The translations under genes and the position numbers were made by a program. 64,000 nt of DNA from positions 224,001 through 288,000 of the forward strand of contig CAWJSK010000019.1 of the NCBI GenBank assembly GCA_963845535.1, read 5' to 3'. Origin of the DNA: an uncultured Spirochaetota bacterium. GTDB taxonomy: Bacteria; Spirochaetota; Spirochaetia; SZUA-6; Fen-1364. Below, in pieces: positions 18,489-28,250 of the stretch. The notes below the pieces were generated by a model that was not told where the DNA came from, made no database searches, and saw only the letters and a list, made by a program, of their open reading frames with translations. Position 1 is the stretch's first letter. Every line of letters begins with the position of its first letter.

Positions 18489-19088
18489 CTACTTGTTCTT
18501 CGCCACCCGGGTCTGTTCGGAAATGGTTTCCTCACCCTGGGAAAGCCAGTCCTCCACGGCCATGGCCTTTGCCTTGGCCGCCGCGAACGCGCCTGTATCC
18601 AGGTCCTTGCGGGCGTCATCAAGCGCAAGCCTGGCCTGGTCTGCCACCAGGGCAAGCGGGGTGATTGCATCCATCCTGATGCCGCGGACTCTCTTGGCGG
18701 TCCACACCTTTGCCTCGAAGTCAGGGATCTCCGCGCCGATTTTTTCTATGAGAGCCGCGGCGTCCTTCGCGACCTGCTGCTTGCTGCTTTGCGCGTCCGC
18801 CTCCGCCTCCTGGGCGGCGGCGGCGGTCTCCTGCGCAAGCCGTTTGACGTCGTCATAGCTGCGGGAAACAGGGGACCTCTTTTCCTGCGCCGAAAGCTCG
18901 GCGTTGAGCGCGTCCATTTTCTGCTGGGCGGCGCGAAGCGAATCCGGCGCGTAGGTCAGGATGTCAATGGTGTCCGCTGCTGTCTGCACGGCGGCGCGCG
19001 CCGCGTCGATGGCGGCCTGGGGAGGCTTGGCGCAGGTGACAAGGCCGAGTGCCGCTGCCATGATGAGGATGACGCGCAGATGCTTCAT
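18489..19088 (-). CDS. Helical lipoprotein (DUF4398-like)
   Basis: MKHLRVILIMAAALGLVT-C lipobox, then AKPPQAAIDAARAA..YAP. Confidence 0.7.
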   Translation of the reverse strand: MKHLRVILIMAAALGLVTCAKPPQAAIDAARAAVQTAADTIDILTYAPDSLRAAQQKMDALNAELSAQEKRSPVSRSYDDVKRLAQETAAAAQEAEADAQSSKQQVAKDAAALIEKIGAEIPDFEAKVWTAKRVRGIRMDAITPLALVADQARLALDDARKDLDTGAFAAAKAKAMAVEDWLSQGEETISEQTRVAKNK

Positions 19089-19221
19089 TGCGGCGGATTT
19101 CCTTTCAGGACACAGAACTGTTGCAGCATCGAGTTTCCACGTAGGGAAGCCGATTTTCCCGCCCCTGTCAAGTGTCATGGACTTTCGGTATACTCCCCGG
19201 CGCCGTAAGGAGAGAGAGGGA

Positions 19222-20046
19222 ATGAACAGACCGGTGTCAACGCTCGCGTTTGCCCTGTTCGTCGTTGTGTCCGCCGTGACTGCGCACGCCCAGTTCATGC
19301 CGAAGAAGATCTGGACCCTGACCGTCGTCGTCAATGTGCCCGGGGCTGTCATATATGTGGATAACCAGCAACTCCCCGGCAACCAGACCCAAGTGACAGG
19401 AGGCGGGCACAACGTCAAAGTGATGGCGGACGGGTATCTCGCTTTCAACGGGCCCGTCATGGTGAGCGGCAACCAGACGTTTTCCGTCAACCTGCAGCCC
19501 GCGCCCCCCACGCCGCTCGCGCAGCCCGTCCAGCCTGCCGGATTCCCTCTGGCCGTCAATGTCAACGTGCAATCGGCCTCCGTGTTCATTGACGGAGTGC
19601 AAGTCCAGGGGGTTCCGTACGTGGCTCCCGGCCCGCACTCCGTCCAGGTTTCCGCGTACGGCTACCAGGACTATTCCGCCCAGGTGAACGTCATGAGCCC
19701 GCTCACGCTGAACGTCGTCTTGAATCCGCTCGTCATCAACGCTCCCTTGCAGCCGGTCATCCAGCCGTCGACGCTCAGCTTCGTCATTCCGCGGCACTAT
19801 CTTGACCCCGACATGCATCGGGATGATCCGCGGTCCGCCGTACGGATATTCATCGACGGCAGGCTCGTGAACCCGCGAAGCGAAATGGAGCGCATCCCCG
19901 TGCAGCCCGGGCGGCACAGGATCCGGGTGGCTTCCGGCGCATTCAGCGTCGAGCTTGGGGACGTCGAGATCAGGCCCGGGACCAGCTACATCCTCGAGCT
20001 GGGAATGGACGTGAAGGTTCGGGCCATGAAGGCCGGCACATACTAG
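19222..20046 (+). CDS. Exported PEGA-repeat protein
   Basis: Signal peptide; repeats VNVPGAVIYVDN..GGHNVKVMADGY and ASVFIDG..PGPHSVQVSAYGY. Confidence 0.75.
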   Translation: MNRPVSTLAFALFVVVSAVTAHAQFMPKKIWTLTVVVNVPGAVIYVDNQQLPGNQTQVTGGGHNVKVMADGYLAFNGPVMVSGNQTFSVNLQPAPPTPLAQPVQPAGFPLAVNVNVQSASVFIDGVQVQGVPYVAPGPHSVQVSAYGYQDYSAQVNVMSPLTLNVVLNPLVINAPLQPVIQPSTLSFVIPRHYLDPDMHRDDPRSAVRIFIDGRLVNPRSEMERIPVQPGRHRIRVASGAFSVELGDVEIRPGTSYILELGMDVKVRAMKAGTY

Positions 20047-20079
20047 ACACCCAACCACTGCTCAAGAGGAGAAACACGC

Positions 20080-21015
20080 ATGCGTCGATCCATGGTGCTC
20101 GTACTGATGTTCCTTCTCCCCGCCGCCGTCCTCCTGGCGGATTTCAACGACGTAGTCACCCAGGCTGACGACCTCCACGATCAGGGCAAGTTCGCCGATG
20201 CCAAGGCGTTGCTTCTGGACGCCGTGGCGCAATCCCAGGACGGCAAGGAACAGGCCGAGCTGTACTGGCGAATCTCACGGGAGAACATCGAGCTCGGGGA
20301 CCTGGCGGACAAGGGGAAGAAACCGCAGGATCAAGTCCTGGCTATTTTCGAGGAAGGCGAGGGATATGCGGACAAGGCTATTGCCGCTGATCCTGGCAAC
20401 GACCTGGGCTATTTCTGGAAATCCGCGAACATTGGTCGATGGGGGCAGGTCAAAGGGATGTTCAACGCCCTGGGCAAGGCAACCGACATCAGGGACCTCC
20501 TCTTCAAGGTCCTGTCCCTCAACCCGGATCGCTCTGATGCGTATTTCGTCCTGGGCCAGCTCTACCGCGAGCTGCCCGGCTGGCCCATTTCTTTCGGAAA
20601 CACCGATTGGGCCGTCTCCCTCGGCCGCAAGGCCGTGGATCTGAACCTGGCGGAAGTGGCGGCCGGGAAAGAGAAGAACAACAGCTTCGACTTCTCCACG
20701 GAGCTCGCGAAAACGCTGCACAACCGGGGTTGGTCCGCGGACAACCGGCGCTCGGAGCAGAAACAAAAGGCTGAAAAGCTCGCGGTCGCCAAGACAGCGT
20801 TCGAAAAGGGCTGCTCCTACGAGGGCGCGGTGGAGCTGAAAGACATGTCAGACGCGCAGGAAGCCAGGGAGATCATTCAAGAGGTGATTTCCTCCATGGA
20901 GCAGCTCCCCAGCCCCACGGCAGGCCAGGTGAAGGATTTGCGGAAGGCGAAGGGCATGCTCAAGAGCTGGCAGGGGGACGCGGCGGTTTCCGCGCCCGTG
21001 CATCCCCGTCAATAA
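20080..21015 (+). CDS. Exported TPR-like helical repeat protein
   Basis: Signal peptide; AELYWRISR, ADKAIAADP, AYFVLGQLY. Confidence 0.7.
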   Translation: MRRSMVLVLMFLLPAAVLLADFNDVVTQADDLHDQGKFADAKALLLDAVAQSQDGKEQAELYWRISRENIELGDLADKGKKPQDQVLAIFEEGEGYADKAIAADPGNDLGYFWKSANIGRWGQVKGMFNALGKATDIRDLLFKVLSLNPDRSDAYFVLGQLYRELPGWPISFGNTDWAVSLGRKAVDLNLAEVAAGKEKNNSFDFSTELAKTLHNRGWSADNRRSEQKQKAEKLAVAKTAFEKGCSYEGAVELKDMSDAQEAREIIQEVISSMEQLPSPTAGQVKDLRKAKGMLKSWQGDAAVSAPVHPRQ

Positions 21016-22177
21016 GGCTCGCTTTCGTGAGGGAGACATCACCCATCTTTCGTCGGATCTTGAATACGGCTTCCTCCACCTTTTTCTGTCGGGAGAACTC
21101 GTCGGCGAACAGCTCCAGTTGATCCTGTGCTTCCGAAGGGATCAGGTTGGAGAAACCGATCCCGACAAGCCTGATGGGAGTGCCGCCGTTCCACCGCGAC
21201 TCCAGCAGCTCGCGCGCCACCTCGTCGAGCTCCTCCGTGGACGAAACCCAGTGCTTGAGGGTTTTCTGCGCGCTGACGGTCGTGAAGTCGTGGAACCGGA
21301 CCTTCAGGGACACGGTCTTGGACTTCCACCCCTCCTCGATCATGCGGAAGGTCACCTGGTGGCACAGCTCCAGGAGGACCCGCTCGATGCCGGCGCGGTC
21401 CTTCCTGTCCCTCTCGAACGTCGTCTCGCTGGAGAGCGACTTGCTGCGTGGTTCCTCGGAGAAAATGCCCGGGTCCCCCCCGCGTGAGGCGGCGCTCAGG
21501 AACGCCGCGGCGCCGTGACCAAAGAGCCGCGCCAGCTCCCCCTCCGCGAATCCCCTCAACTGGCGGACCGAGGTGATGTTCAGCTCGGTGAGGCGTTGGA
21601 GGGTCTTCTCCCCGATCCCCCAGAGTTGCGAAAGGGCAATCCCGTCGAGAAACTCTTCCTCCCGCCCTTGCTCCACCATCAGGAGGCCGTCCGGCTTGCC
21701 CGCGTTCGTGGCGAGCTTGGCGATGTACTTGTTCGGGCCGATACCCACCGATATCACGAGCCCCGTCTTTTCCTTGACCTCCGCCTTCAACCGCTTCCCG
21801 GTGTCCACGGGCGGACCGAAGAGCCTTTCGGTTCCGGTGAGATCGAGGAAGGCCTCGTCCACGGATATCTGCTGGATGTGGGGCGTGTAGGCCTGGAGGA
21901 TTCCCATGACCTGCCGGGAGACCTCCATGTAGCGCTCCATCCTCACCGGCAGGTACACCCCGTGCGGGCAGCGCCGGTACGCCTGGGAGATCGGCATCGC
22001 GGAGCGAACGCCGAACCTCCTCGCTTCATAGGAGCACGCTGAAACCACTCCCCTGCGCCCGGGGGCGGCGCCCACGATGACCGGCCTGCCGGCCAGGGAC
22101 GGGTTGTCGCGCTGTTCCACGGAAGCGTAGAACGCATCCAGGTCGACGTGGAAGACGATGCTTGCCGCGTCGCTCAC
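20960..22177 (-). CDS. dinB: DNA polymerase IV
   Basis: HVDLDAFYASVE, SYEARRFGVRSAMP, SVDEAFLD, KPDG. Confidence 0.95.
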   Translation of the reverse strand: MSDAASIVFHVDLDAFYASVEQRDNPSLAGRPVIVGAAPGRRGVVSACSYEARRFGVRSAMPISQAYRRCPHGVYLPVRMERYMEVSRQVMGILQAYTPHIQQISVDEAFLDLTGTERLFGPPVDTGKRLKAEVKEKTGLVISVGIGPNKYIAKLATNAGKPDGLLMVEQGREEEFLDGIALSQLWGIGEKTLQRLTELNITSVRQLRGFAEGELARLFGHGAAAFLSAASRGGDPGIFSEEPRSKSLSSETTFERDRKDRAGIERVLLELCHQVTFRMIEEGWKSKTVSLKVRFHDFTTVSAQKTLKHWVSSTEELDEVARELLESRWNGGTPIRLVGIGFSNLIPSEAQDQLELFADEFSRQKKVEEAVFKIRRKMGDVSLTKASLIDGDARARKPPRPPASS

Positions 22178-24396
22178 GTCTTCACCTCGATGCTTTTCTG
22201 GACCCGTACGCGCGTGGAGGCGCGCGTGTCTGCGGGCGACGAGACCTGTGCGCCGATCAGGGGGAGGCTGAACTCCATGTCGAGCCCCAGGGTGAACGCT
22301 CCACCGGCCGGTAAGGTGAGCTGCAGCTCAAGCGGATTGGGGGCGAAAGCCCCGATGAGGATGCGGTAGCGATTGGAGCCCTCCCGGATGAAAGGGAACG
22401 AGCAGTCGAAGAGGATGAAGTCCTGCGCAGAGGAGAGGGTGGCAACCACCGCCCGCGGGCTGGACGGCATGGCCACCTCCAGCGTGACGGTGCGCTGGCT
22501 GAAGAACGCGCTCGAGTCCTGGGTGATTTTCACGGGAGAAGACGCCGGCGGGCTGAGGCGAAGCGTCACGCCGGTTCCCGGGGCGGCGAGCCGCCTCGAA
22601 CCGGACGCGTCGACCACCGTAATTGCCCGAAGCGGCGCGGGGCTCGTGACGCTGAGCGTGTCACCGGTGACCTCGTCCCGGGACCCGATTTCCAGGGCCT
22701 GCGTCACTTCCAGCGGCTGGGGGTTCTGCGCGGAGAACGGGGAGAAAACCACGAGCCGCGTCGCAAGGACCGCGGTCCCGAGGAGCAAGGCCCCGGCGAA
22801 AACGTATTCCCGCACGCGCCGCCTCAACACGCCGCGTCCGGGGAGAATGAGGCCGAGCCTCAGGACGACGAGGATGAACGGGAGGCACGCCGCGGCGATG
22901 AAGAGGTTCCCCCAGATCGGGGAGAGGAGGAGGAAATGACACAGCGGGAGCGCGGGCATGGTGAAGACCTTGATGAGGCCCCGCACTCCCCAGAAAGGGG
23001 CCGGGATGAAGAGCAGCACTTTTGCGTAACGCGGACGCACGAGGGCGGAGAGGAAAACGAAAATGAAAGCCCAGAGGAAGTAGTAGGTGAAAGAGACGTT
23101 GAACGCGGCCACCACGGCAATGTCGACCAGGAGGATGAAGAGGGCCGCGGCCGAGTAGAAGGTCCCGTTTCGCGGGAAGGGGAGCCTGCGGGCCGGGTTG
23201 TACAGCGCGCTATACAGGAGGAGGGCGACGCACGCCTTGAGCAGGAGCGCCGGGAGGGGAGCATAGGACCAGAGCGCGGAGAACCCCCGCATCGATTGGA
23301 TCCCCTGCACAGCGAGGGTCCCCGCAAAGAGGAAGAGGAAGGCGATGCCCGTGATGGGCAGGAGGGCAGGCAGGTTCCTGACCAGCGTACGGAGGTATCT
23401 CCGCATCCCATTATGGAAGGCGAGGGAGTAGAGAAGCATCGCCGAAAGAGCGATCACGAGGATGGTGATATACGCCCTTTCCGTTATGATGAGCGGGTAA
23501 TCGCCGAGCTGGAAGAGCAGATAGTGGCGGTCCCAGTCTTCGGGGATCCCGGTCATGGTTTCCTGAATGAGCGTTTGGAAAAAGACGGGAAACGATGTCA
23601 TCCAGTCCGCGGCCTCCCGGCCAGTGACGGCGCCGTATTCCCCATCCAGCTCCACCGAAGGATAGCCGGCTTTCAGGTAGGGTTCGATTGCCGTCCGCTC
23701 TGCCACGGAGGCCAGGCGGAAGATCTGGCTTTCATCCCCGCGCAGGACATACGGAATGCCGGCCGCGCGCAAGGCGTCAACGCTCCGGTTCATGAGCCAG
23801 TACGGCGTGACGATGCCTCTCCCGCCTCCGCGCACGAGGATTCGCGCGGGCACCTCGCGGAGGTTGAGGTAGATCACCGCTGCGCGGTAGTCAGGCTGGA
23901 AGTCCCGAAGGAACAGGGTGCTGCCCATGGGGTACACATCCGTGTCCCCGAACTCGGCGCCCAGGAACAGCACGGTGAGGGAAACCGAGGGCGGAACGTG
24001 CGCCGTCCTTCTGATCAGGTCCAGCGCCAGGGCGATGTTGACCGATCCGTCCTTCCCCTCCTCCGCGTCCGGCTGCTGGTCCAGGGGGACCGCCACGATC
24101 AGGGTGTCCCGTACGCGTCCCGGGATGTCGACGCGCACGCAGGAGGAAAAGGAGTGCTCGAAGTCCGAGTCGCTGAAATCGAACGGAGTATAGGCGACAC
24201 CGAGCGACGCAAGGCGTGATTCGATGAAAGTGACGGCGCGCTTCTCTCCTTCCGAGCCTTCCAGGCGGGGGTGGAAGGAGCCGATCACCCGCATGTCATC
24301 GACAAGCGAATCCTTTTCCGACATCGGCAGCTCCTGGGAGAAAAGAGCGCGGGCGATGAGCGTGAAGACGATCGAAATCCACCACAAGCGGCGCAT
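22174..24396 (-). CDS. Polytopic membrane protein with N-terminal M28-peptidase-like domain (metal ligands degenerate)
   Basis: PRLEGSEGEKRA, LIVAVPLD, LFLGAEFG..MGS, followed by about 8-9 hydrophobic segments and a C-terminal soluble domain. Confidence 0.65.
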   Translation of the reverse strand: MRRLWWISIVFTLIARALFSQELPMSEKDSLVDDMRVIGSFHPRLEGSEGEKRAVTFIESRLASLGVAYTPFDFSDSDFEHSFSSCVRVDIPGRVRDTLIVAVPLDQQPDAEEGKDGSVNIALALDLIRRTAHVPPSVSLTVLFLGAEFGDTDVYPMGSTLFLRDFQPDYRAAVIYLNLREVPARILVRGGGRGIVTPYWLMNRSVDALRAAGIPYVLRGDESQIFRLASVAERTAIEPYLKAGYPSVELDGEYGAVTGREAADWMTSFPVFFQTLIQETMTGIPEDWDRHYLLFQLGDYPLIITERAYITILVIALSAMLLYSLAFHNGMRRYLRTLVRNLPALLPITGIAFLFLFAGTLAVQGIQSMRGFSALWSYAPLPALLLKACVALLLYSALYNPARRLPFPRNGTFYSAAALFILLVDIAVVAAFNVSFTYYFLWAFIFVFLSALVRPRYAKVLLFIPAPFWGVRGLIKVFTMPALPLCHFLLLSPIWGNLFIAAACLPFILVVLRLGLILPGRGVLRRRVREYVFAGALLLGTAVLATRLVVFSPFSAQNPQPLEVTQALEIGSRDEVTGDTLSVTSPAPLRAITVVDASGSRRLAAPGTGVTLRLSPPASSPVKITQDSSAFFSQRTVTLEVAMPSSPRAVVATLSSAQDFILFDCSFPFIREGSNRYRILIGAFAPNPLELQLTLPAGGAFTLGLDMEFSLPLIGAQVSSPADTRASTRVRVQKSIEVKT

Positions 24397-24405
24397 GCCA
24401 AAGGG

Positions 24406-24434
24406 AGCATAGGGAATGGCCGTGCCAAGGTCAA
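24406..24434 (-). promoter_or_regulatory. Sigma70 promoter, near-leaderless
   Basis: TTGACC-17-TATGCT-9-ATG(24396). Confidence 0.6.
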
Positions 24435-24481
24435 TTCCAGGCTATACCGCGCGAAGCGCCACGTAAAAGCGCCACGCAGCC

Positions 24482-24510
24482 TTGCCAACCGGGGCAGCAT
24501 GGTGTACGCT
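24482..24510 (+). promoter_or_regulatory. Sigma70 promoter of nitroreductase
   Basis: TTGCCA-17-TACGCT-11-ATG(24522). Confidence 0.5.
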
Positions 24511-24521
24511 GAGAAAACAAT

Positions 24522-25031
24522 ATGGATGTCATGCCTGAGATCCTCAACCGCAAGAGTGTCAGGTCCTTCACGTCCCACCCGCTGGAAAAAGACCAGATCG
24601 AAAGGATCCTCGAGGCAGCGCGTCTTGCTCCCTCCGCGAAGAACAGGCAGGAATGGCGGTTCGTCGTCATCCAGAAGAAGGAAACCAGGCAGAAGGTGAT
24701 GGAGGCCGCGTTCAGCCAGGAGTACGTGGGACAGGCGCCTGCCATTATTGCCGTGTGCACCACCAACATCGACTACCGCATGCCCAACGGCCAGCTCTCC
24801 TATCCCATCGACCTCGCTTTTGCGTCGTCCCATATCGTGCTTCAGGCCGTCCATGAGGGGCTGGGCACGTGCTGCATCACGACCTTCGACGAGGAGGAGG
24901 TCCGGGAGCTTCTCACCGTTCCGTTCTCCATGCGCGTGATCCTGCTCATCCTGATCGGCCAGACTGACGTGGAGCCCGAACCGACGCAGCGCAAAACGCT
25001 GAAACAGATTTCCTCCAGAGATCACTGGTAG
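24522..25031 (+). CDS. Nitroreductase family protein
   Basis: RKSVRSF, AARLAPSAKNRQEWRFVV, AVHEGLGTC. Confidence 0.92.
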   Translation: MDVMPEILNRKSVRSFTSHPLEKDQIERILEAARLAPSAKNRQEWRFVVIQKKETRQKVMEAAFSQEYVGQAPAIIAVCTTNIDYRMPNGQLSYPIDLAFASSHIVLQAVHEGLGTCCITTFDEEEVRELLTVPFSMRVILLILIGQTDVEPEPTQRKTLKQISSRDHW

Positions 25032-25088
25032 GCCCCGCTCATGCGTCCACTCTTTCAAAAATGAAGTTTATCGTGGATAATCCTCTCC

Positions 25089-28000
25089 ATGGTATATTGT
25101 TACGCGGAGCTGCGCAATTACAGGCAGCTCACGCGGCTGCGAGCTTCCAGCCTCCCCGGCATCGAATCAGGTCTCGCAGGCTCACTCGGATCACGAAAGA
25201 CGGCAATGACCGCCCTCGGACAAGGAGCATGGCTCATCGATCTCGGCCCGGAGGAGGACCTGGACGCAAGCGGCGTTGCTGCCGCGCTCCTGCGGATCCT
25301 GGACTTCCTGGAAGCCAGGCGGGCGGAGCTGTTCGGGTTCGCGCTCCTTGTCGCGGGCTCGACGGCGGAGCAGCCCGCGCCGACTGCGGAGAGGATGAGA
25401 GAGCTGCTCTCTGAGGCGGAGCAGGAAGAAGGGCTGTGGTGCACGCCCGAATGCGCTGGGCTCCTGTCCGACTTTCTGGCCTTCGACCGCAGCACCTCCT
25501 TGTACCAGGTCACCGGCCCCAACCAGACGCCGGAGACGGACCTCGCGCCCTCCGAAGAGCCGCGGCCGTGGTTTCGCGAGCCGCTCATTGCCCGGGCGCT
25601 GGACGTCATTGGCGACAGGTTGAACACGGGGGAGTCTCGCGAGATCCTCCACCTCTACGGTCCGTCCGGAGCCGGCAAGTCCGCCATTTTGAACGAGGTT
25701 GCCCGGCGCCTCGTGAGCGGAGGCCGTGAGATCACCGTCCTCAGGCCTCGAACGCTTTTCAAGAGGCGTTCCCCCCTCCATCCGTTCCTCAACAGCCTTT
25801 CCCCCGGCGTGCTCTCCTCGGCCCCGCGGTATCTCGTGGGCGTGGAGCGCGCGGCATGGGCGGATGTCTCCCCCCTGCTCGCCTGGCTGCTGCGCGCTGA
25901 GACGGACGGCAACGGGGCGCTGTGCCCTGACCATGTCCTGGAAGACTTCATGATCGGCTACCGGCTGTGCCTCACCGCATGGATACGCATGGCGTCGGAC
26001 AAACGGCTTCCCGCGCTCTTTCTCTGCGACGGGGTGGACGGGTACCACCCCGAGGCGCGCCGGGTTGCAGCCCGCCTCATGGGGGACTTCCTCGCCTTCG
26101 CGGATTTCGTTCCGGTCGTTTCTTCGACGGACGCCGTCTTGCCGGAGGAGTTTTCCTCCCTCAACGTAAGATCGCTGCTCGTCCATCCCCTGGGAAAGCG
26201 TGAGCTTCGATCCTTGTGCGCGCATTTCTATCCCGGACTCGCTCTTCCTGAATCCCTCCTGAGGCGCCTGAGACGGCGCTCGGGAGGCTTGTACGTGTCC
26301 GTGGTCTCGTACCTGCAATACCTCCACCGGGCGGGGTTCATCCGTTTTTCATCGGAGCGCCGCCAGTGGCTTCCCGTGGCGCATGATGACGCAAGTCTTC
26401 CCGCCAATCCGCTTTCCGTCTCATGGTATCTCATCCGTACGCTGCACGAGGAAGCCTTCCTCCTCCTGTACGCCGTCTCTCTTGCCGGAGGGCTCCTGGA
26501 CCGGCGTGCGTTCATGACGTTCCTCGTTGAGGCGGGCTTCGAGCAGAAGCCCGCTGAAAAGACGCTGTCCAGCCTCGTGGCGGCCGGCCTCGTTGCGGAG
26601 GAGGAATCCCTCATCCCTCGGTTCCCCATCCTCCGGCGCAAGCTGGAAGGGGAACTGGGCGCCGAGGGGACCCGTTTGAGGGACCGTTTCCTGACGTACC
26701 TGTGCACCTTGTGGGATGCCGGCAAATACCCTCACGCGGTCCTCCTCTTCACGTTCCTGGCGCGAAACGGACGCACGGACCTCGCCCTGCGCGTCCTGCC
26801 CGAGATCATCCGGCGCAAGCTCGATGAGGGCGATATCGGGGGCGCGCGTACATTCTGCGACCCGGAAAAGCTGGAGTTCTCCGCGGAGCCGACCCCCTCC
26901 CAGCGGGGTGAGATCACCGCGCTCATGGCGTGCGGCAGGCTGCGTGCGGCTCTTCTGGAAGGCAGCAGGGAGCCCGCTGACGCGGCCCGCCCCGCGGTGA
27001 TGGAGGTCACGCGATCCTCGTGCAGCCAGGAGTTGCTTGGAGAAGCCTGGACGGAGCTCGCCAAGCATTCCCTGGCCCGGGGAGATTCCGCCGTGTCCCT
27101 GGAAGAAGCCAAGCGCGCCCTTCTCCTTTTCCAGGAGCAGCACTCCGCCCCCGCCGAACGCCTTGCGGTGAACAAGAAGCGCTCCCCGCGCGCTGAAGCG
27201 GGAGAGCGCGCCTCGTATCTCTGGCTTGGCGTCACAATGCTTGCGGACGGAAAACTGAGCGAAGCGGCGGAATACGTTGGCCTTTCGGAAAGGCTCTCAC
27301 ATGAGGCGGGAGACCCGGGAGCGTCGCTCATGGCTTGCAGCCATCTGGCGGTGGCCCTTTTCATCAGCGGGCGCTTCACGCAATGCCTCGCGGCGATAGA
27401 GCGTGGAAGGTCCGAGGCGCGGACCGTCTGCCGCAGGGAGGCAGAGCTTTTCCTTCTGTTCCTCCAGGCGCGCGTCCAGTTCCTCCTTGGCGCTTACGAA
27501 GACTGTTGTGTCACTCTCCAGGCCTGCCTGAGCGTGGTCACGCTGTATTCCCTCCCTGCCGCCGTGCCCGTGCTTCGCGCATGGCTGGGACGCGCCGCCG
27601 CGTACGGAGGGGAGCTGGAGCACGGATTGCACCTGCTGTCGGCCCTTCAGCCGTCCCGCGAAGTCCTGTTTTTCCTTGCGGAAGGCTTGTACTTTTCCGA
27701 CGAGCTCGAGGAGGCCTCCTTGCGCCTCGACGAGGCTCTTGCAGCGGAAGCAGAGTTTCAGTTTCCCTCCGCGGAGAAACCGTCCTGGTCGGATGGCTTT
27801 GCCTCCGTGGAGGGCAGATGCTTCCGCCTGAGCCGGGGGGATGCCTTTGTCCGCAGAAGCCTGACCGGGATGAGAGCGTGCCTGCTGGGCCTTCGCGGTT
27901 CCCTTGATGAGGGGATCCCGGAGCTGCACAAGCTCACGCGCTCGGAACGGTCGGTAGAAGAAGATCCCAACGGGTATTGGTACAACTATCTCTACGCAGT

Positions 28001-28184
28001 CATTCTTCCCGAAACCAGCGGTGAGGAAGTCGATGACAAGGAGACCGTGCTGAGCAAGGCGGTGAAAAGCCTCCAGGAAAGGGCAAGCCGTATTGACGCG
28101 CCGTCGCAGAGAAGCTCCTTCCTGTCGCGCAACAGATGGAACCGCAGGATCATGGAAGAAGCGCGCGAGAGAAAGCTGGCATAA
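25089..28184 (+). CDS. Large P-loop (AAA_16/STAND-like) NTPase with C-terminal TPR-like repeats
   Basis: Walker A GPSGAGKS, Walker B-like LFLCDGVD, SGG.Y (GxP-like) helix, long helical repeat C terminus. Confidence 0.65.
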   Translation: MVYCYAELRNYRQLTRLRASSLPGIESGLAGSLGSRKTAMTALGQGAWLIDLGPEEDLDASGVAAALLRILDFLEARRAELFGFALLVAGSTAEQPAPTAERMRELLSEAEQEEGLWCTPECAGLLSDFLAFDRSTSLYQVTGPNQTPETDLAPSEEPRPWFREPLIARALDVIGDRLNTGESREILHLYGPSGAGKSAILNEVARRLVSGGREITVLRPRTLFKRRSPLHPFLNSLSPGVLSSAPRYLVGVERAAWADVSPLLAWLLRAETDGNGALCPDHVLEDFMIGYRLCLTAWIRMASDKRLPALFLCDGVDGYHPEARRVAARLMGDFLAFADFVPVVSSTDAVLPEEFSSLNVRSLLVHPLGKRELRSLCAHFYPGLALPESLLRRLRRRSGGLYVSVVSYLQYLHRAGFIRFSSERRQWLPVAHDDASLPANPLSVSWYLIRTLHEEAFLLLYAVSLAGGLLDRRAFMTFLVEAGFEQKPAEKTLSSLVAAGLVAEEESLIPRFPILRRKLEGELGAEGTRLRDRFLTYLCTLWDAGKYPHAVLLFTFLARNGRTDLALRVLPEIIRRKLDEGDIGGARTFCDPEKLEFSAEPTPSQRGEITALMACGRLRAALLEGSREPADAARPAVMEVTRSSCSQELLGEAWTELAKHSLARGDSAVSLEEAKRALLLFQEQHSAPAERLAVNKKRSPRAEAGERASYLWLGVTMLADGKLSEAAEYVGLSERLSHEAGDPGASLMACSHLAVALFISGRFTQCLAAIERGRSEARTVCRREAELFLLFLQARVQFLLGAYEDCCVTLQACLSVVTLYSLPAAVPVLRAWLGRAAAYGGELEHGLHLLSALQPSREVLFFLAEGLYFSDELEEASLRLDEALAAEAEFQFPSAEKPSWSDGFASVEGRCFRLSRGDAFVRRSLTGMRACLLGLRGSLDEGIPELHKLTRSERSVEEDPNGYWYNYLYAVILPETSGEEVDDKETVLSKAVKSLQERASRIDAPSQRSSFLSRNRWNRRIMEEARERKLA

Positions 28185-28190
28185 CTGGTG

Positions 28191-28220
28191 TTGACGCGCC
28201 CACCGCGCAGCCCGTATACT
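28191..28220 (+). promoter_or_regulatory. Sigma70 promoter of AAA ATPase
   Basis: TTGACG-18-TATACT; GGAGG SD before ATG 28251. Confidence 0.6.
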
Positions 28221-28250
28221 TGAGACTGCGATTTTCCTTGGGAGGGGAAC

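Noticed and set aside
20960..22177. dinB as marker of a mobile element or SOS mutagenesis cassette
   Set aside because: No imuA/dnaE2, integrase or LexA box seen; it is coupled to a chromosomal membrane-protein gene.
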